Below, one piece after another: positions 18,530 through 28,513 of a DNA stretch of 48,743 nt. The notes below the pieces were generated by a model. The model saw only the letters and a program-made list of their open reading frames with translations, did not search any database and was not told the DNA's origin. Location: assembly GCA_964383335.1 (NCBI GenBank), contig CAYLHR010000002.1:1-48743 (forward strand). The letters run 5' to 3'. Every line of letters begins with the position of its first letter. Position 1 is the first letter of the stretch. A program made the translations under genes and the position numbers. The stretch is from an uncultured Lachnospiraceae bacterium. Lineage in GTDB: Bacteria > Bacillota > Clostridia > Lachnospirales > Lachnospiraceae.

Positions 18530-19734
18530 ATCTCCTCTTTTCTGACTGCGGATATCACCTTTTTCACCGCAGCGATCACATCGTTCACGTCCTCATCCGT
18601 CATCCCGTAATAGAGCGGCAGCGTGATCAGGTTCTCATAGATCCGCTCCGCCTCCGGGCAGAGTCCCTTCTCATACCCCAGCTTCCGGTAATACGGGAAG
18701 AGATAGACCGGGATATAATGCACATTGCATCTCACGTTCTCACAGGCGAGGTAATCAAAAACCTCCCTCCTGCCGGCCTTCAGAAGCTCCGGCCGCAGCT
18801 GAATCAGATACAGATGCCTGGTCGTGTCGGATTCCGGGATCTCCTTCTGTACAATCAGCTCCTTCACATCCGCAAAGGCCTCGTTGTACATGTTCACGAT
18901 CTCCGACCGGCGGGCCTTAAACATCTCCAGCTTGTCCAGCTGACTGATGAGAAGTGCGGCCTGTATATCCGTCATCCTGTAATTGAGACCGAGATCAACC
19001 TGCTGATAATACCAGGGTCCCTCGCTCTCCCACTCCATCAGCTCCGGGTCGCGGGTGATGCCGTGCGCTCTGAAGAGGACGCCCCGCCTGTAGAAATCAT
19101 CTCTGTCCGTCATGACGGCGCCGCCCTCTCCGGCGGTAACCGTCTTCACCGGGTGAAAGCTGAAGGTGGTGATGTCGGCGATGCTGCCGACGGGCTTTCC
19201 CGCGTATTTCGTGCCGATGGAATGCGCCGCGTCCTCAATCAGCACAAGTCCAAACTCGTCGCAGATCTCCCGGATCTCCTTCAGCTGCACGGCCTGACCG
19301 GTAAAGTCGACTGCCACGACCGCTTTTGTCTTATCCGTGATACATTTTCTGATCGCGGAAGGAGCGATATTGTAGGTCTCCGGATCGACGTCCGCGAACA
19401 CGGGCCTCGCCCCGCAGTAAAGCGCGCAGTTGGCGGACGCGGCGAAGGTGAGGGGCGTCGTGATGACTTCGTCCCCGGGCCCGATTCCCGCCATATAACA
19501 GGCGCAGTGCAGGGCTGCCGTGCCGTTGGAGATGGCGACCGCGTGCTTCGCCCCCGTTATGGCGCAAAGCTTTTCCTCAAGTTCCGGAATCTTCGGCCCG
19601 CATGTGAGGAAATCACTTTTCAGGACTTCGGTCACCGCCGCGATATCCGCCTCATCTATATACTGATGTCCGTAGAAGATCGGCTTTTCCCTCACCGGGG
19701 TGCCGCCCTCCGCTGCCAGTTTCGAACTGTTCAT
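18526..19734 (-). CDS. pseC: UDP-4-amino-4,6-dideoxy-N-acetyl-beta-L-altrosamine transaminase
   Basis: YGHQYID, SNGTAALH, EDAAHS, FSFHPVK, GEGG; start moved to ATG 19734 (SD AGAGG). Confidence 0.9.
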   Translation of the reverse strand: MNSSKLAAEGGTPVREKPIFYGHQYIDEADIAAVTEVLKSDFLTCGPKIPELEEKLCAITGAKHAVAISNGTAALHCACYMAGIGPGDEVITTPLTFAASANCALYCGARPVFADVDPETYNIAPSAIRKCITDKTKAVVAVDFTGQAVQLKEIREICDEFGLVLIEDAAHSIGTKYAGKPVGSIADITTFSFHPVKTVTAGEGGAVMTDRDDFYRRGVLFRAHGITRDPELMEWESEGPWYYQQVDLGLNYRMTDIQAALLISQLDKLEMFKARRSEIVNMYNEAFADVKELIVQKEIPESDTTRHLYLIQLRPELLKAGRREVFDYLACENVRCNVHYIPVYLFPYYRKLGYEKGLCPEAERIYENLITLPLYYGMTDEDVNDVIAAVKKVISAVRKEEI

Positions 19735-19811
19735 GTGCTTTTTCCCTCTGCTGTAATCATATAATTTTCTGAAATCGATCTGAAAATACTGCCGCCCGGA
19801 GCACCCTTCAA

Positions 19812-20807
19812 TCAATGCTCATCCAGGTCCGTCTTCAGCTTGGCCTGCAGATCCGCCACACTGAGCCACTCCGTATTCGTCCCGGAGCTGTACTCAAACT
19901 CCGGCTCAACCAGCTTGCCGCCGGGGATGATGTCCTTCACGCCCCACCAGTTATAATGCGGATACACGATATAGTGCTTCTCATACTCATACGTGTGCAG
20001 GGAATCTTCCCTGGTCACCATAATCTCGTGAAGCTTCTCACCTTCCCGGATTCCCACCTCCGGCATGCTGCACCCGGGGAGCATGGCCTGCGCGAGATCC
20101 GTGATCTTGAAGGACGGAATCTTCGAAATAAAAGTCTCTCCGCCCCTGGACTCCTCCAGCGCCTTGATAACAAGCTCGACACCCTGCTCCAGACTGATCC
20201 AGAATCTCGTCATGCGGTAATCCGTGATGGGCAGCTCGTTTCCGCCGTTATCGATGATGTTCTGGAAGAAGGGAATGACCGAGCCTCTGCTTCCGGCAAC
20301 ATTTCCGTAACGGACGACGGAAAAACGGGTGCCCTCCGCCCCGCCGTAAGCGTTGGCGGCGCAGAACAGCTTATCCGAAACAAGCTTCGTCCCGCCGTAG
20401 AGATTGATCGGATTCACCGCCTTGTCCGTCGACAGCGCGACGACTTTCTTTACGCCCGCCTCAAGGGAGGCGTTGATGACATTCATCGCCCCGTTCACAT
20501 TGGTCTTAATGGCCTCATTCGGATTATACTCGCACGCGGGCACCTGCTTAAGCGCCGCCGCGTGAATCACATAATCCACGCCCTTCATGGCCATTTTGAG
20601 GCGGGGCTCGTCTCTGACATCGCCGATAAAATATCTGAGCACCTTCCGATGCTCCTTATAATCATTATCCATAATGAACTGCTTGAACTCGTCCCGGGAA
20701 TAGATAATGATCTTCTTCGGCTCGTAGTGCTGAAGCACATAGTCCACAAAATGATGGCCGAAAGAGCCCGTGCCGCCGGTTACAAGAATCGTTTTTCCGT
20801 TAAGCAT
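19812..20807 (-). CDS. pseB: UDP-N-acetylglucosamine 4,6-dehydratase (inverting)
   Basis: TGGTGSFG, YSRDEFKQ, HAAALKQVP, STDKAVNPINLYG, RYGNVAGSRGSV, MTRFWI; start 20807 (SD GGAGG). Confidence 0.95.
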   Translation of the reverse strand: MLNGKTILVTGGTGSFGHHFVDYVLQHYEPKKIIIYSRDEFKQFIMDNDYKEHRKVLRYFIGDVRDEPRLKMAMKGVDYVIHAAALKQVPACEYNPNEAIKTNVNGAMNVINASLEAGVKKVVALSTDKAVNPINLYGGTKLVSDKLFCAANAYGGAEGTRFSVVRYGNVAGSRGSVIPFFQNIIDNGGNELPITDYRMTRFWISLEQGVELVIKALEESRGGETFISKIPSFKITDLAQAMLPGCSMPEVGIREGEKLHEIMVTREDSLHTYEYEKHYIVYPHYNWWGVKDIIPGGKLVEPEFEYSSGTNTEWLSVADLQAKLKTDLDEH

Positions 20808-20827
20808 GAATCCACCTCCACACGTAT

Positions 20828-21949
20828 TCATCCGTTTAAAACATTTTTAAAAGCATCACTGTCTCTGAATCTGCGGAGAATGGCCTCATACTCCGCCATG
20901 TCCGCAGGAATAAAGATCCGGTTCCCGTCCGCATACAGTTCCGAGAGCGACTGATAATACCGGTCCCGCTTCCCGTTCACCTCCGCCCCCGGATTGACGA
21001 TCCGGTAGAGGAGAATGACGGCCGGTTCCTGCCCCATCAGAAGCTTCACCGTCCCGACTGCCGTTGACGAATATGTGATCAGAATTTTGTCATTCATATT
21101 CATATTCGCGCTGATGGCTTCGAAGGGCGTGTCGTGATCCTGATACTGATTAAACCGCTCATCGGCCGGACTTTTGTCTCTCGGATGCCGCTTTACGATG
21201 ATGTTGTCACTTCCCAGGATGTCCGCCGCCATATGATAACACCGGTCAAGGCGTTCCCGCTTTTCCCGCTCGCCGGCCAGCGTATCGAAAATGATCACGG
21301 CCTCTTTCATCAGCTTGTCCGGCGTGACCTGAAAAACGTGATTGATCCACTTCAGCGGCTCTCCGCGGCCCCAGTCCGTCTCAATCCGTCTCACGTCCCC
21401 GCTTCCGTTCAGTTTTTCGTACAGCTCCGGCGAATAGAGATATTTGGGATAATCCGTCCTCAGAGCGGACCGCCCGAACATGAGGCCCAGAAACATCCTG
21501 GCCGGAAGCGTGTGCTCATATGTCCGGTCGTTATAGTAGCTCCCCTCCCCGTCATCAAAGTAGTACAGCTCCGTTCCCGTGCGGTGCTTTGAGAAATAAA
21601 GCCGCAGCTGATTCCCGACATAGGCTTTCGAGGAGACATACAGCCTGCGGTAGCTGCGCCCCGGAATGAGCACCTTTTCAGCAAACCGGTCGATCCCCAG
21701 ATAGCTTTTCATAAGACTCAGATAGTTCAGGAGCTTTGATCCGTATCTGCGGAACTGAACTACCTCCTCCTGCTTCACCACCTTCACATCGCGAAACAGG
21801 CCCAACGTCCGGATTCTCTCCGCGTATTCCTCCGCCCTGCGGAACTGGTCCACCACATACAGGTCCGCGTCTTTTTCGATCGAATGAGCCAGCGCTGCAC
21901 CCGTCATCAGCTGATAAGGCGTCGTGCACACAATACAGGCCTTTTCCAT
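20828..21949 (-). CDS. Sialyltransferase-like glycosyltransferase; probable pseudaminyltransferase
   Basis: TPYQL, FDDGEGSY (D/E-D/E-G), KRHPRD (HP) and SSTA motifs of bacterial CMP-nonulosonate transferases. Confidence 0.75.
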   Translation of the reverse strand: MEKACIVCTTPYQLMTGAALAHSIEKDADLYVVDQFRRAEEYAERIRTLGLFRDVKVVKQEEVVQFRRYGSKLLNYLSLMKSYLGIDRFAEKVLIPGRSYRRLYVSSKAYVGNQLRLYFSKHRTGTELYYFDDGEGSYYNDRTYEHTLPARMFLGLMFGRSALRTDYPKYLYSPELYEKLNGSGDVRRIETDWGRGEPLKWINHVFQVTPDKLMKEAVIIFDTLAGEREKRERLDRCYHMAADILGSDNIIVKRHPRDKSPADERFNQYQDHDTPFEAISANMNMNDKILITYSSTAVGTVKLLMGQEPAVILLYRIVNPGAEVNGKRDRYYQSLSELYADGNRIFIPADMAEYEAILRRFRDSDAFKNVLNG

Positions 21950-22783
21950 CTATCCTTCCATCTCCTTTACATATTCCCGGTAGCTGCGGTTGGGGTCCAG
22001 GATCAGTCCCGGCGTCTCAAGGGCATTCACCCTCTTCTCTTCCGGCGGAAGCGTCATATAGTCCCCGTATCGTCTCTTCATATACTTCTCCGGCTCCGTC
22101 GGGCCGTTGAACAGCATCCCCTCAAACTCCATCTTCCTGGGCTTGCCGAACCAGGCTCTGGGATAGGTAATCGCGCTGAAGAAGGAGATGTCCTCCCCGT
22201 AGTAATCGAGGATCTCCCGTCCCTTCTTCACGGAGCTCAGCTTCTTTTCCAGCGCCGCGGCCTTCTTCTCCCTGCGCTCTCCCCTGTAGATGCCGAGAAC
22301 GATCCGGGACAGCATCTTCATGAACCGGGAGTGATTGACCGGCAGACGCCCCGCGACCAGAATTCTGTAAAAATACGATCTCCAGATATTGAGCAGCAGT
22401 CCCGCCCGCGTCGGAGGGCAGTTATAGAAGGGATAAATATCGACGGAGATGCCCTGATTAAATCCCACGCCCCGCTGTGTCGGCCACATGCAGGCGGTGG
22501 AGGAGTCCCTCAGCTTGTATGAAATGGAATCATATTCCGGGTCGGTCTTCTTGCACTGCAGAAAATAATCCTCCCCGAATTCATCCTGATACTCAACCAG
22601 CTTTTTTGCGTGCTCGATGGGCATCAGCACGTCTATATCGTGATCCCACGGAATAAATCCGCCGTGGCGGAGAGACCCGAGGCAGGTGCCGTAGGCAATA
22701 TAATACCGCAGATGATGTCTCTCGCAGACCTCATCCAGTTTGATAAGCAATCCAAGCAGAACGTCGCTGACTTCTCTGTTCAT
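21950..22783 (-). CDS. LicD-family phosphotransferase
   Basis: YGTCLGSLRHGGFIPWDHDIDV, VDIYP, RYGDYMTLPP; start 22783 (SD GGAGG). Confidence 0.92.
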   Translation of the reverse strand: MNREVSDVLLGLLIKLDEVCERHHLRYYIAYGTCLGSLRHGGFIPWDHDIDVLMPIEHAKKLVEYQDEFGEDYFLQCKKTDPEYDSISYKLRDSSTACMWPTQRGVGFNQGISVDIYPFYNCPPTRAGLLLNIWRSYFYRILVAGRLPVNHSRFMKMLSRIVLGIYRGERREKKAAALEKKLSSVKKGREILDYYGEDISFFSAITYPRAWFGKPRKMEFEGMLFNGPTEPEKYMKRRYGDYMTLPPEEKRVNALETPGLILDPNRSYREYVKEMEG

Positions 22784-24441
22784 CTGTCCTCCATATCCCT
22801 CTGATAAAGGCCCCGCGGGTTCCGCAGCAGAATGCACTTCATGCCGAGGCGCGCCGGCGCGATAAAATCTTTTCCCGCGTTGTCGCCGACATAGGCCATC
22901 CTGCAAAATGCCGTCCCGAATCTGGCCCGCATGATTTCAAACGCCAGGGGGTTGGGTTTTCTGAAAATGCGACCCCTTCCGCTCCCGCCCGCAAGCTCAT
23001 CCGTAATGATCACCTCCGCGATGCGGGGATCATCCGAAAGCCCCAGTGCCTTAAGCTTCGCCCTCTGTCCGCCGGGCCTGCCGTCCGTAACAATGCCGAT
23101 CCGGATCCCGCGCTCACTGAGGGCGGACAGGACTGCCTCCGCACCGTCCTTAAGCCGGATCTCCGGCGCGTGATCCCTGTAGGCCGAAAGCAGGATCCGC
23201 TTGATCTCCTCGGGCAGAGGGCCGTCCCTCCGCTCTTTATAAAGGAGATCCGCCAGCTCATCGACGGGCGCCCGCCCGCTCTGATACGCCTCCCACAGGA
23301 AACCGAAAAGCTCCTCCTCCGTCCTCCCGGACAGCTCCCCGGCCGCCAGGCGCGCCGCCTCGGCGAAACCGCTTTTCACGTAGTCGGTTTCATCGTAGAG
23401 CGTATCGTCGAGATCAAAGAGCACGACATCCAGCCCCTCCGCAAGACCCGGGATCTCACTGTAATCCAATACCTTCACCGGCTCATTTCCCGCGCTCACA
23501 AAGGCCCGGTCAAAGCGGCTGAATTCCAGTCCGTCCGCTGCCGCCTCTCTCCGGTAACCGGGCGTCTCTCCCCGCAGCAGCAGAAGAGCGGCCTCGGCGC
23601 TGTCCGCCCCGGCCAGCATGGAGAGCGGGGATCCGCCCCCGAAGCGGGGATTGATCTCGATAAACCAGTCCTCCCCCGTCTGCTCATCCCGGATCAGCTG
23701 AACCGTGATCGGGCCGACGGGGTGAAATCCGGCGACGATCCGCTCCGCCTCCCCGATCATGAACTCGTCCTGAACGACCGCGGTCTTTATGACCTCTCCG
23801 CTCCGCACCTGGATTCTCTCGCGCGGGGTGATGTAAACCGGCTTTCCGTCAAAGTCACAGAAGATATCAATCGTATATTCCCTTCCGCTCACGAAGGGCT
23901 GAATGATATAATCCGGCACGGTGGATGCGTACAGCGCCAGCTCCTCCTCACTGTCCGCCCGGTGGGCGTTGATGCTGGAGCTTCCGTCCCTGGGCTTTAT
24001 GAAGCAGGGAAATCCGCCCTCGTAGGCATCCGCGCGGTCCACGGGAAGGGGCGATCTGACGCCGCAGGAGATGAAAAAGGCCGCCGTGTTCCGCTTATCC
24101 CGGCAGATCCTGATCTTATCCGGCGCGCTGATGAGGACACGCGTCCCGATTTCCTCAAACTTCTCCCTGTTCTCCGAGAGAACCAGAAGATCCGTGTCGA
24201 TCGTGGGAATCAGCAGATCGATCTTCTCCCTTCCGCAGATATCCAGCAGCTCGGGAATATAGGAATCACTGCGGATTCTCGATGTGAGAAAATACCGGTC
24301 GCACACGCGGAGAGCCGGCGCGTCCCCGGTTATATCCGTCCCGCAAAGAAGCAGGGGCTCGTCCAGCCTGTCAGCCGCCTCGCGGAAGGCAGTCAGAAGC
24401 TCCACCCTCCGTCCGACACTGGTAAACAGAATTCTTTTCAT
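22780..24441 (-). CDS. ATP-grasp ligase fused to HAD-family phosphatase
   Basis: N-terminal ILFTSVGRR, PTIDTDL, DK, IKPRDGSSS, IEINPRFGGG; C-terminal FDLDDTLY, VTDG, KPNP, YVGDNAGKD. Confidence 0.88.
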   Translation of the reverse strand: MKRILFTSVGRRVELLTAFREAADRLDEPLLLCGTDITGDAPALRVCDRYFLTSRIRSDSYIPELLDICGREKIDLLIPTIDTDLLVLSENREKFEEIGTRVLISAPDKIRICRDKRNTAAFFISCGVRSPLPVDRADAYEGGFPCFIKPRDGSSSINAHRADSEEELALYASTVPDYIIQPFVSGREYTIDIFCDFDGKPVYITPRERIQVRSGEVIKTAVVQDEFMIGEAERIVAGFHPVGPITVQLIRDEQTGEDWFIEINPRFGGGSPLSMLAGADSAEAALLLLRGETPGYRREAAADGLEFSRFDRAFVSAGNEPVKVLDYSEIPGLAEGLDVVLFDLDDTLYDETDYVKSGFAEAARLAAGELSGRTEEELFGFLWEAYQSGRAPVDELADLLYKERRDGPLPEEIKRILLSAYRDHAPEIRLKDGAEAVLSALSERGIRIGIVTDGRPGGQRAKLKALGLSDDPRIAEVIITDELAGGSGRGRIFRKPNPLAFEIMRARFGTAFCRMAYVGDNAGKDFIAPARLGMKCILLRNPRGLYQRDMEDR

Positions 24442-24479
24442 TCTTGTCCTAAAGTCTCCGTTTTTGATCCGCAGGCCGC

Positions 24480-25127
24480 TTACGCCTGCTCATTTCCGTA
24501 AAATTCCTTCATGGTGGCGGTCCCGTCCGTAATGCCCTCCCGGCGGAGAACCGTCTTCACGGTAGACAGCAATATTCCGAGATCCCCCAGAAAGGTGATG
24601 TTGTCGACATAGCGGACATCCCATCTGAACTTCTCCGCCCAGTCGGCGCTGTTTCTGCCGTGCACCTGCGCAAGTCCCGTAAGCCCCGGCCGCACCTCGT
24701 GGCGCCGCCGCTGCTCGTCGCTGTACCTGTCCAGATACCTGACGAGAAGGGGACGGGGACCGATCACCGACATGTCGCCCTTCAGGATATTGAGGAGCTC
24801 CGGCAGCTCGTCCAGAGACGTCTCCCGCAGCTTCTTGCCGAAGGCGGTCAGGCGCTCCTCGTCCGGGAGGAGGTTCCCCTCCGGGTCGCGCGCGTCTGTC
24901 ATGGTCCGGAATTTGTACAGCCTGAACACCTTCTCATCCCGCCCTGGGCGGTCCTGCGTAAACAGAACGGGGCTTCCCAGCTTCACCCGGACCAGCACCG
25001 CCACCGTCCCCAGCACCGGGGACAGGACCGCGAGCGCCCCGGCCGAAAGCGCGATATCCAGCGGCCGCTTCATGTATTTTTCATAGGGGCCCCTGCAGAC
25101 ATGTCTGCTCAACCGGCGTTTCTCCAT
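24480..25127 (-). CDS. Small phosphoglycosyl transferase (PglC/EpsL-like)
   Basis: KRPLDI, KFRTM, SLDELPEL, GPRPLL, RPGLTGLAQV; start 25127. Confidence 0.92.
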   Translation of the reverse strand: MEKRRLSRHVCRGPYEKYMKRPLDIALSAGALAVLSPVLGTVAVLVRVKLGSPVLFTQDRPGRDEKVFRLYKFRTMTDARDPEGNLLPDEERLTAFGKKLRETSLDELPELLNILKGDMSVIGPRPLLVRYLDRYSDEQRRRHEVRPGLTGLAQVHGRNSADWAEKFRWDVRYVDNITFLGDLGILLSTVKTVLRREGITDGTATMKEFYGNEQA

Positions 25128-25149
25128 TCCCTTTTCCTTTCCGCATTCA

Positions 25150-27015
25150 TCATGCACGCTGAGGGTGATAGGTCGGAACGATTTCCGCCACGATCTCCTT
25201 GATTCTCCCGGATTCCTCCCTGGAAGCCTGATCCAGCAGCTGAAGCTGCTTCTCGAACTCCGCGTCATCCATCTCGATGGGGTGTCCGATATAAATCAGC
25301 TTGTTTCTCGTCTTCTCCATCCCCTCTTCATCCATGAGAAGCTCCTCATACAGCTTCTCTCCGGGGCGAAGTCCGGTGTACACGATCTTTATGTCCACAT
25401 CCGGCTTAAAGCCGGAGAGCTTGATCAGGTTCCTGGCCATATCGTCAATTCGGACCGGCTTTCCCATATCGAGAACAAAGATCTCCCCGCCCTTCGCGTA
25501 ATATCCGGCCTGCAGCACCAGGGACACCGCCTCCGGAATCGTCATAAAATAGCGGATGATGTTCTTGTCCGTCACGGTAACCGGTCCGCCCTCCGCGATC
25601 TGTTTCTTGAAGAGCGGGATCACGGAACCGTTCGATCCGAGAACATTGCCGAATCTCACGGCGTTGAAGGACGTCTCGGGATGCTTCCGGCTCATCATCT
25701 GAACAATCATCTCACAGAGGCGCTTGCTCGCCCCCATGATATTCGTGGGATTGACCGCCTTGTCCGTCGAGATCAGAAGGAATTTCTTCACACCCGCCCG
25801 GGCTGCGGCGGAGGCGAGCTTGTAGGTCCCCATGACATTGTTCTTGATCGCCTCGTTGGGGCTGTCCTCCATCAGCGGCACGTGCTTGTGCGCCGCCGCG
25901 TGATAGATCACGTCCGGGTGATAGACGTCCAGAATGTCATTGACCCGGTTCGTATTTCTGACGGAACCGATCAGCGTGACCAGATCCAGTTCCGGATAAC
26001 GGTGTATCTGCTCCTGCTGGATATCGTAGGCTTTATTTTCATAGATGTCTAAAATAATCAGCTGCTTCGGGGCGGCCGCAGCGATCTGTCTGCAAAGCTC
26101 GGAGCCGATGGATCCGCCCCCGCCCGTAACCATAATGACCCTGTCCTGAACCGCCTCCAGAATCTCATCGTTGTTGACCTTGATCTCCTCGCGCCCCAGG
26201 AGATCAATGACATTGACATCCCGCAGCTTTGAGACGGTCATCTCCCCCTCTACGATCTGGGCGAGGGAGGGAACCATCTGCAGGCGGCAGCCCGTGTCCT
26301 TGCAGATATTGAGAATGTCCCTGCGCTCCTCGGGCGTCGCGCTCGAAATCGCGAAAATAATCCGGTTGATGCCGTATTCCTCCACCACGGAAGGAATATC
26401 ATACCGGTTTCCCACGATCCGCACGCCCTCCATGTAGCGGCCCTTTTTGATCGGGTTGTCATCCACAACGGCGCAGACACGGACATTCTGGTGCTCACCG
26501 AACTGAAGCTCCTTGATGATATCCCTGGCTGCCTGTCCCCCTCCGATGAGAAGGACCCTGTCCTGCCGCTCCTTTCTCCCTCCGGCATTTTCCGCGGAGA
26601 GATAGCGCAGAAGGCGGTACCCGAACCGGATCGCGAAGCAGAAGGAACCGGTCAGGACATAGGCGATAAAAATGCAGCTCCAGGGAAGCTTCTGCACCGG
26701 CACGCGGTTGTACAGAACCAGAAAGGGCGCCAGAATGAGATAGACGACAATGATATTGAACGCCTCCGCCAAAGAGGCGTACCGCCAGATGCTGTGGTAG
26801 AGACGGCGCCAGAAATAGAGGGCGACGGTGACCGCGATCACGACCGGGACAAACCGGAAGGTCATGCTGAGGAACCGCTCCGGAATCCGCTTGATGGAGA
26901 AGTCGAACCGCACCCACAGGGCAAACAGGTAGGAAAACAGTATCGTGAACGCGTCCAGGCAGATAATCATAATCACCCGGCGCAGAAATTGATGACTCCG
27001 TCTCTTCTTTCCCAT
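25150..27015 (-). CDS. Membrane-anchored UDP-GlcNAc 4,6-dehydratase (CapD/PglF/EpsC-like)
   Basis: 4 TM; DLLGR, TGGGGSIGSELCRQ, HAAAHKHVP, STDKAVNPTNIMGASK, RFGNVLGS, RPGEKLYEEL. Confidence 0.93.
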   Translation of the reverse strand: MGKKRRSHQFLRRVIMIICLDAFTILFSYLFALWVRFDFSIKRIPERFLSMTFRFVPVVIAVTVALYFWRRLYHSIWRYASLAEAFNIIVVYLILAPFLVLYNRVPVQKLPWSCIFIAYVLTGSFCFAIRFGYRLLRYLSAENAGGRKERQDRVLLIGGGQAARDIIKELQFGEHQNVRVCAVVDDNPIKKGRYMEGVRIVGNRYDIPSVVEEYGINRIIFAISSATPEERRDILNICKDTGCRLQMVPSLAQIVEGEMTVSKLRDVNVIDLLGREEIKVNNDEILEAVQDRVIMVTGGGGSIGSELCRQIAAAAPKQLIILDIYENKAYDIQQEQIHRYPELDLVTLIGSVRNTNRVNDILDVYHPDVIYHAAAHKHVPLMEDSPNEAIKNNVMGTYKLASAAARAGVKKFLLISTDKAVNPTNIMGASKRLCEMIVQMMSRKHPETSFNAVRFGNVLGSNGSVIPLFKKQIAEGGPVTVTDKNIIRYFMTIPEAVSLVLQAGYYAKGGEIFVLDMGKPVRIDDMARNLIKLSGFKPDVDIKIVYTGLRPGEKLYEELLMDEEGMEKTRNKLIYIGHPIEMDDAEFEKQLQLLDQASREESGRIKEIVAEIVPTYHPQRA

Positions 27016-27084
27016 AGATCTGATCCAGCTCCCCAAAACTGATTGTTGTAACAGTCAGAGGACAGTCCGTCTCACCGCCGTCCG

Positions 27085-28428
27085 TCACCGGACGACGATG
27101 CTCCCGACTGTCTTCTTTCCATAGGAATGTGCCGTCTCCAGCAATTCCCCGATTTTTCTGTATTTTGACTTCGCCGGCTGAACCGCCACAACCACCGCGC
27201 CGCATTCGCTGAGCGCCTTCAGCATATCGGGCCGGCTCCCGATATCCGTGAGTGCCGTATATGTGACGGCAGATCCCTCCTCCGCGCTCTGCAGGCCGGA
27301 ACAGATCTCTTTCAGGCGGCTCTCCGGTATATCTCCCGTGACCGCCACTGACGAAACGGCCCCCGCGCTGTTTTTAATCTTCATATCCGCGATCCGGTAG
27401 GCCGTCTCCCCGCCCGTCAGCTCGCCCAGCTTTTCCAGGCCGAACTGCCGGGACAGCTCTCCGCCGGAGAGGACCGTTCCCGAGGCAATCAGATACAGCG
27501 CCTTCATGAGCGCAAAGAGAAATACTCCGCCGATAAATCCGGCAGCGGCGTACTTGAGACACGACTTCAGCAGGCCTCTTATGCGAAGCCCCGACGCGGC
27601 CGTCTGTCCGCCTGAGTTCGTTCCCATATTCTTGTAATAATTGTCGCGCTGCGTCGACAGATCATTGATCTCCTGCAGGCGGTCCTTAAGGAAGGTGTTG
27701 TATGCCCTGTCCGTAACCGTCGCCGCCTGGATACCGCTGATCTTAAGGCTGTGCTCCCCGTACTCCTTCTCCGCCTCCGGCTGAAGCGCCTCCAGACGGG
27801 CGTACAGATATTCCGCCAGCTTCCGGGCCCCCTCCACATCCGTATAGATGGTGCGGATGCAGCCCGTCTCGGTCGCCGGATCCGACACGGTAACCGACAC
27901 CAGTTCCATGAGATAAGGGACCTCCACGCCCATTTCCTCGGAAAGAGTACTGTAATCCGTGGAGTAAATCAGCTGCCTGATATAATAATTCAGGATCTTC
28001 GCGGCCCTCATATAGGAAGCATTGGCAACCTCCGTCCCCTCCGAGCCTTCCGGTTCCTCCGAAATGACGACGATCGGTTCCTCCTCCGCCTGCGAACGGC
28101 CCATTTCCTCGGTAAAGACGTCAAAATAGATATATGCCCGCCCCTCGCTTCCGGGATCGATCTTCGCCAGAACACTTTTATTCAGATACTCCTGCTTCTG
28201 CCGCAGATTCTCTTCCACCAGAGAAACAGGGTCTGTTTCCAGCGGCTCCCCGGCCGCTTCCTGCACCGAAGCCTGCTGACTGCTCCGCAGCCTGGGAAGA
28301 AGACGCAGGCCCTGAAAGCCCGCCCCCAGCACGGAAAAGACCAGCCCGCACACAAGAAGCCCCCGCCAGCCCGCAAGAAGCAGTGACAGAAGCGCTCTCA
28401 CATCTACGATACGCTCTCCAGTATCCAT
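27085..28428 (-). CDS. Polysaccharide co-polymerase-like protein (Wzz/CpsC-like)
   Basis: IVDVRALL...WR N-terminus, 2 TM, degenerate CpsD-like tail; start 28428 or 28437 after AAAGAGGTG. Confidence 0.7.
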   Translation of the reverse strand: MDTGERIVDVRALLSLLLAGWRGLLVCGLVFSVLGAGFQGLRLLPRLRSSQQASVQEAAGEPLETDPVSLVEENLRQKQEYLNKSVLAKIDPGSEGRAYIYFDVFTEEMGRSQAEEEPIVVISEEPEGSEGTEVANASYMRAAKILNYYIRQLIYSTDYSTLSEEMGVEVPYLMELVSVTVSDPATETGCIRTIYTDVEGARKLAEYLYARLEALQPEAEKEYGEHSLKISGIQAATVTDRAYNTFLKDRLQEINDLSTQRDNYYKNMGTNSGGQTAASGLRIRGLLKSCLKYAAAGFIGGVFLFALMKALYLIASGTVLSGGELSRQFGLEKLGELTGGETAYRIADMKIKNSAGAVSSVAVTGDIPESRLKEICSGLQSAEEGSAVTYTALTDIGSRPDMLKALSECGAVVVAVQPAKSKYRKIGELLETAHSYGKKTVGSIVVR

Positions 28429-28474
28429 CTTATACATCACCTCTTTAGGCCAAACCGCAGCAGCATGTTTTTCG

Positions 28475-28503
28475 ATTATAGCAAACCGCCGGAAACAGCA
28501 CAA
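28475..28503 (-). promoter_or_regulatory. Internal sigma-A promoter of the main polysaccharide operon
   Basis: TTGTGC, 17-bp spacer ending in TGC, TATAAT. Confidence 0.7.
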
Positions 28504-28513
28504 GTTCTCCCGG

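Noticed and set aside
22780-24441. Carbamoyl-phosphate synthase large subunit
   Set aside because: Single ATP-grasp domain fused to HAD, no carA, glycan-cluster context
28438-28503. N-terminal extensions in the ORF track (also 2850, 16058, 19815, 20831, 22906, 25268, 32245, 43838)
   Set aside because: They overlap promoters or upstream genes; downstream starts have better SD sites or match family N-termini
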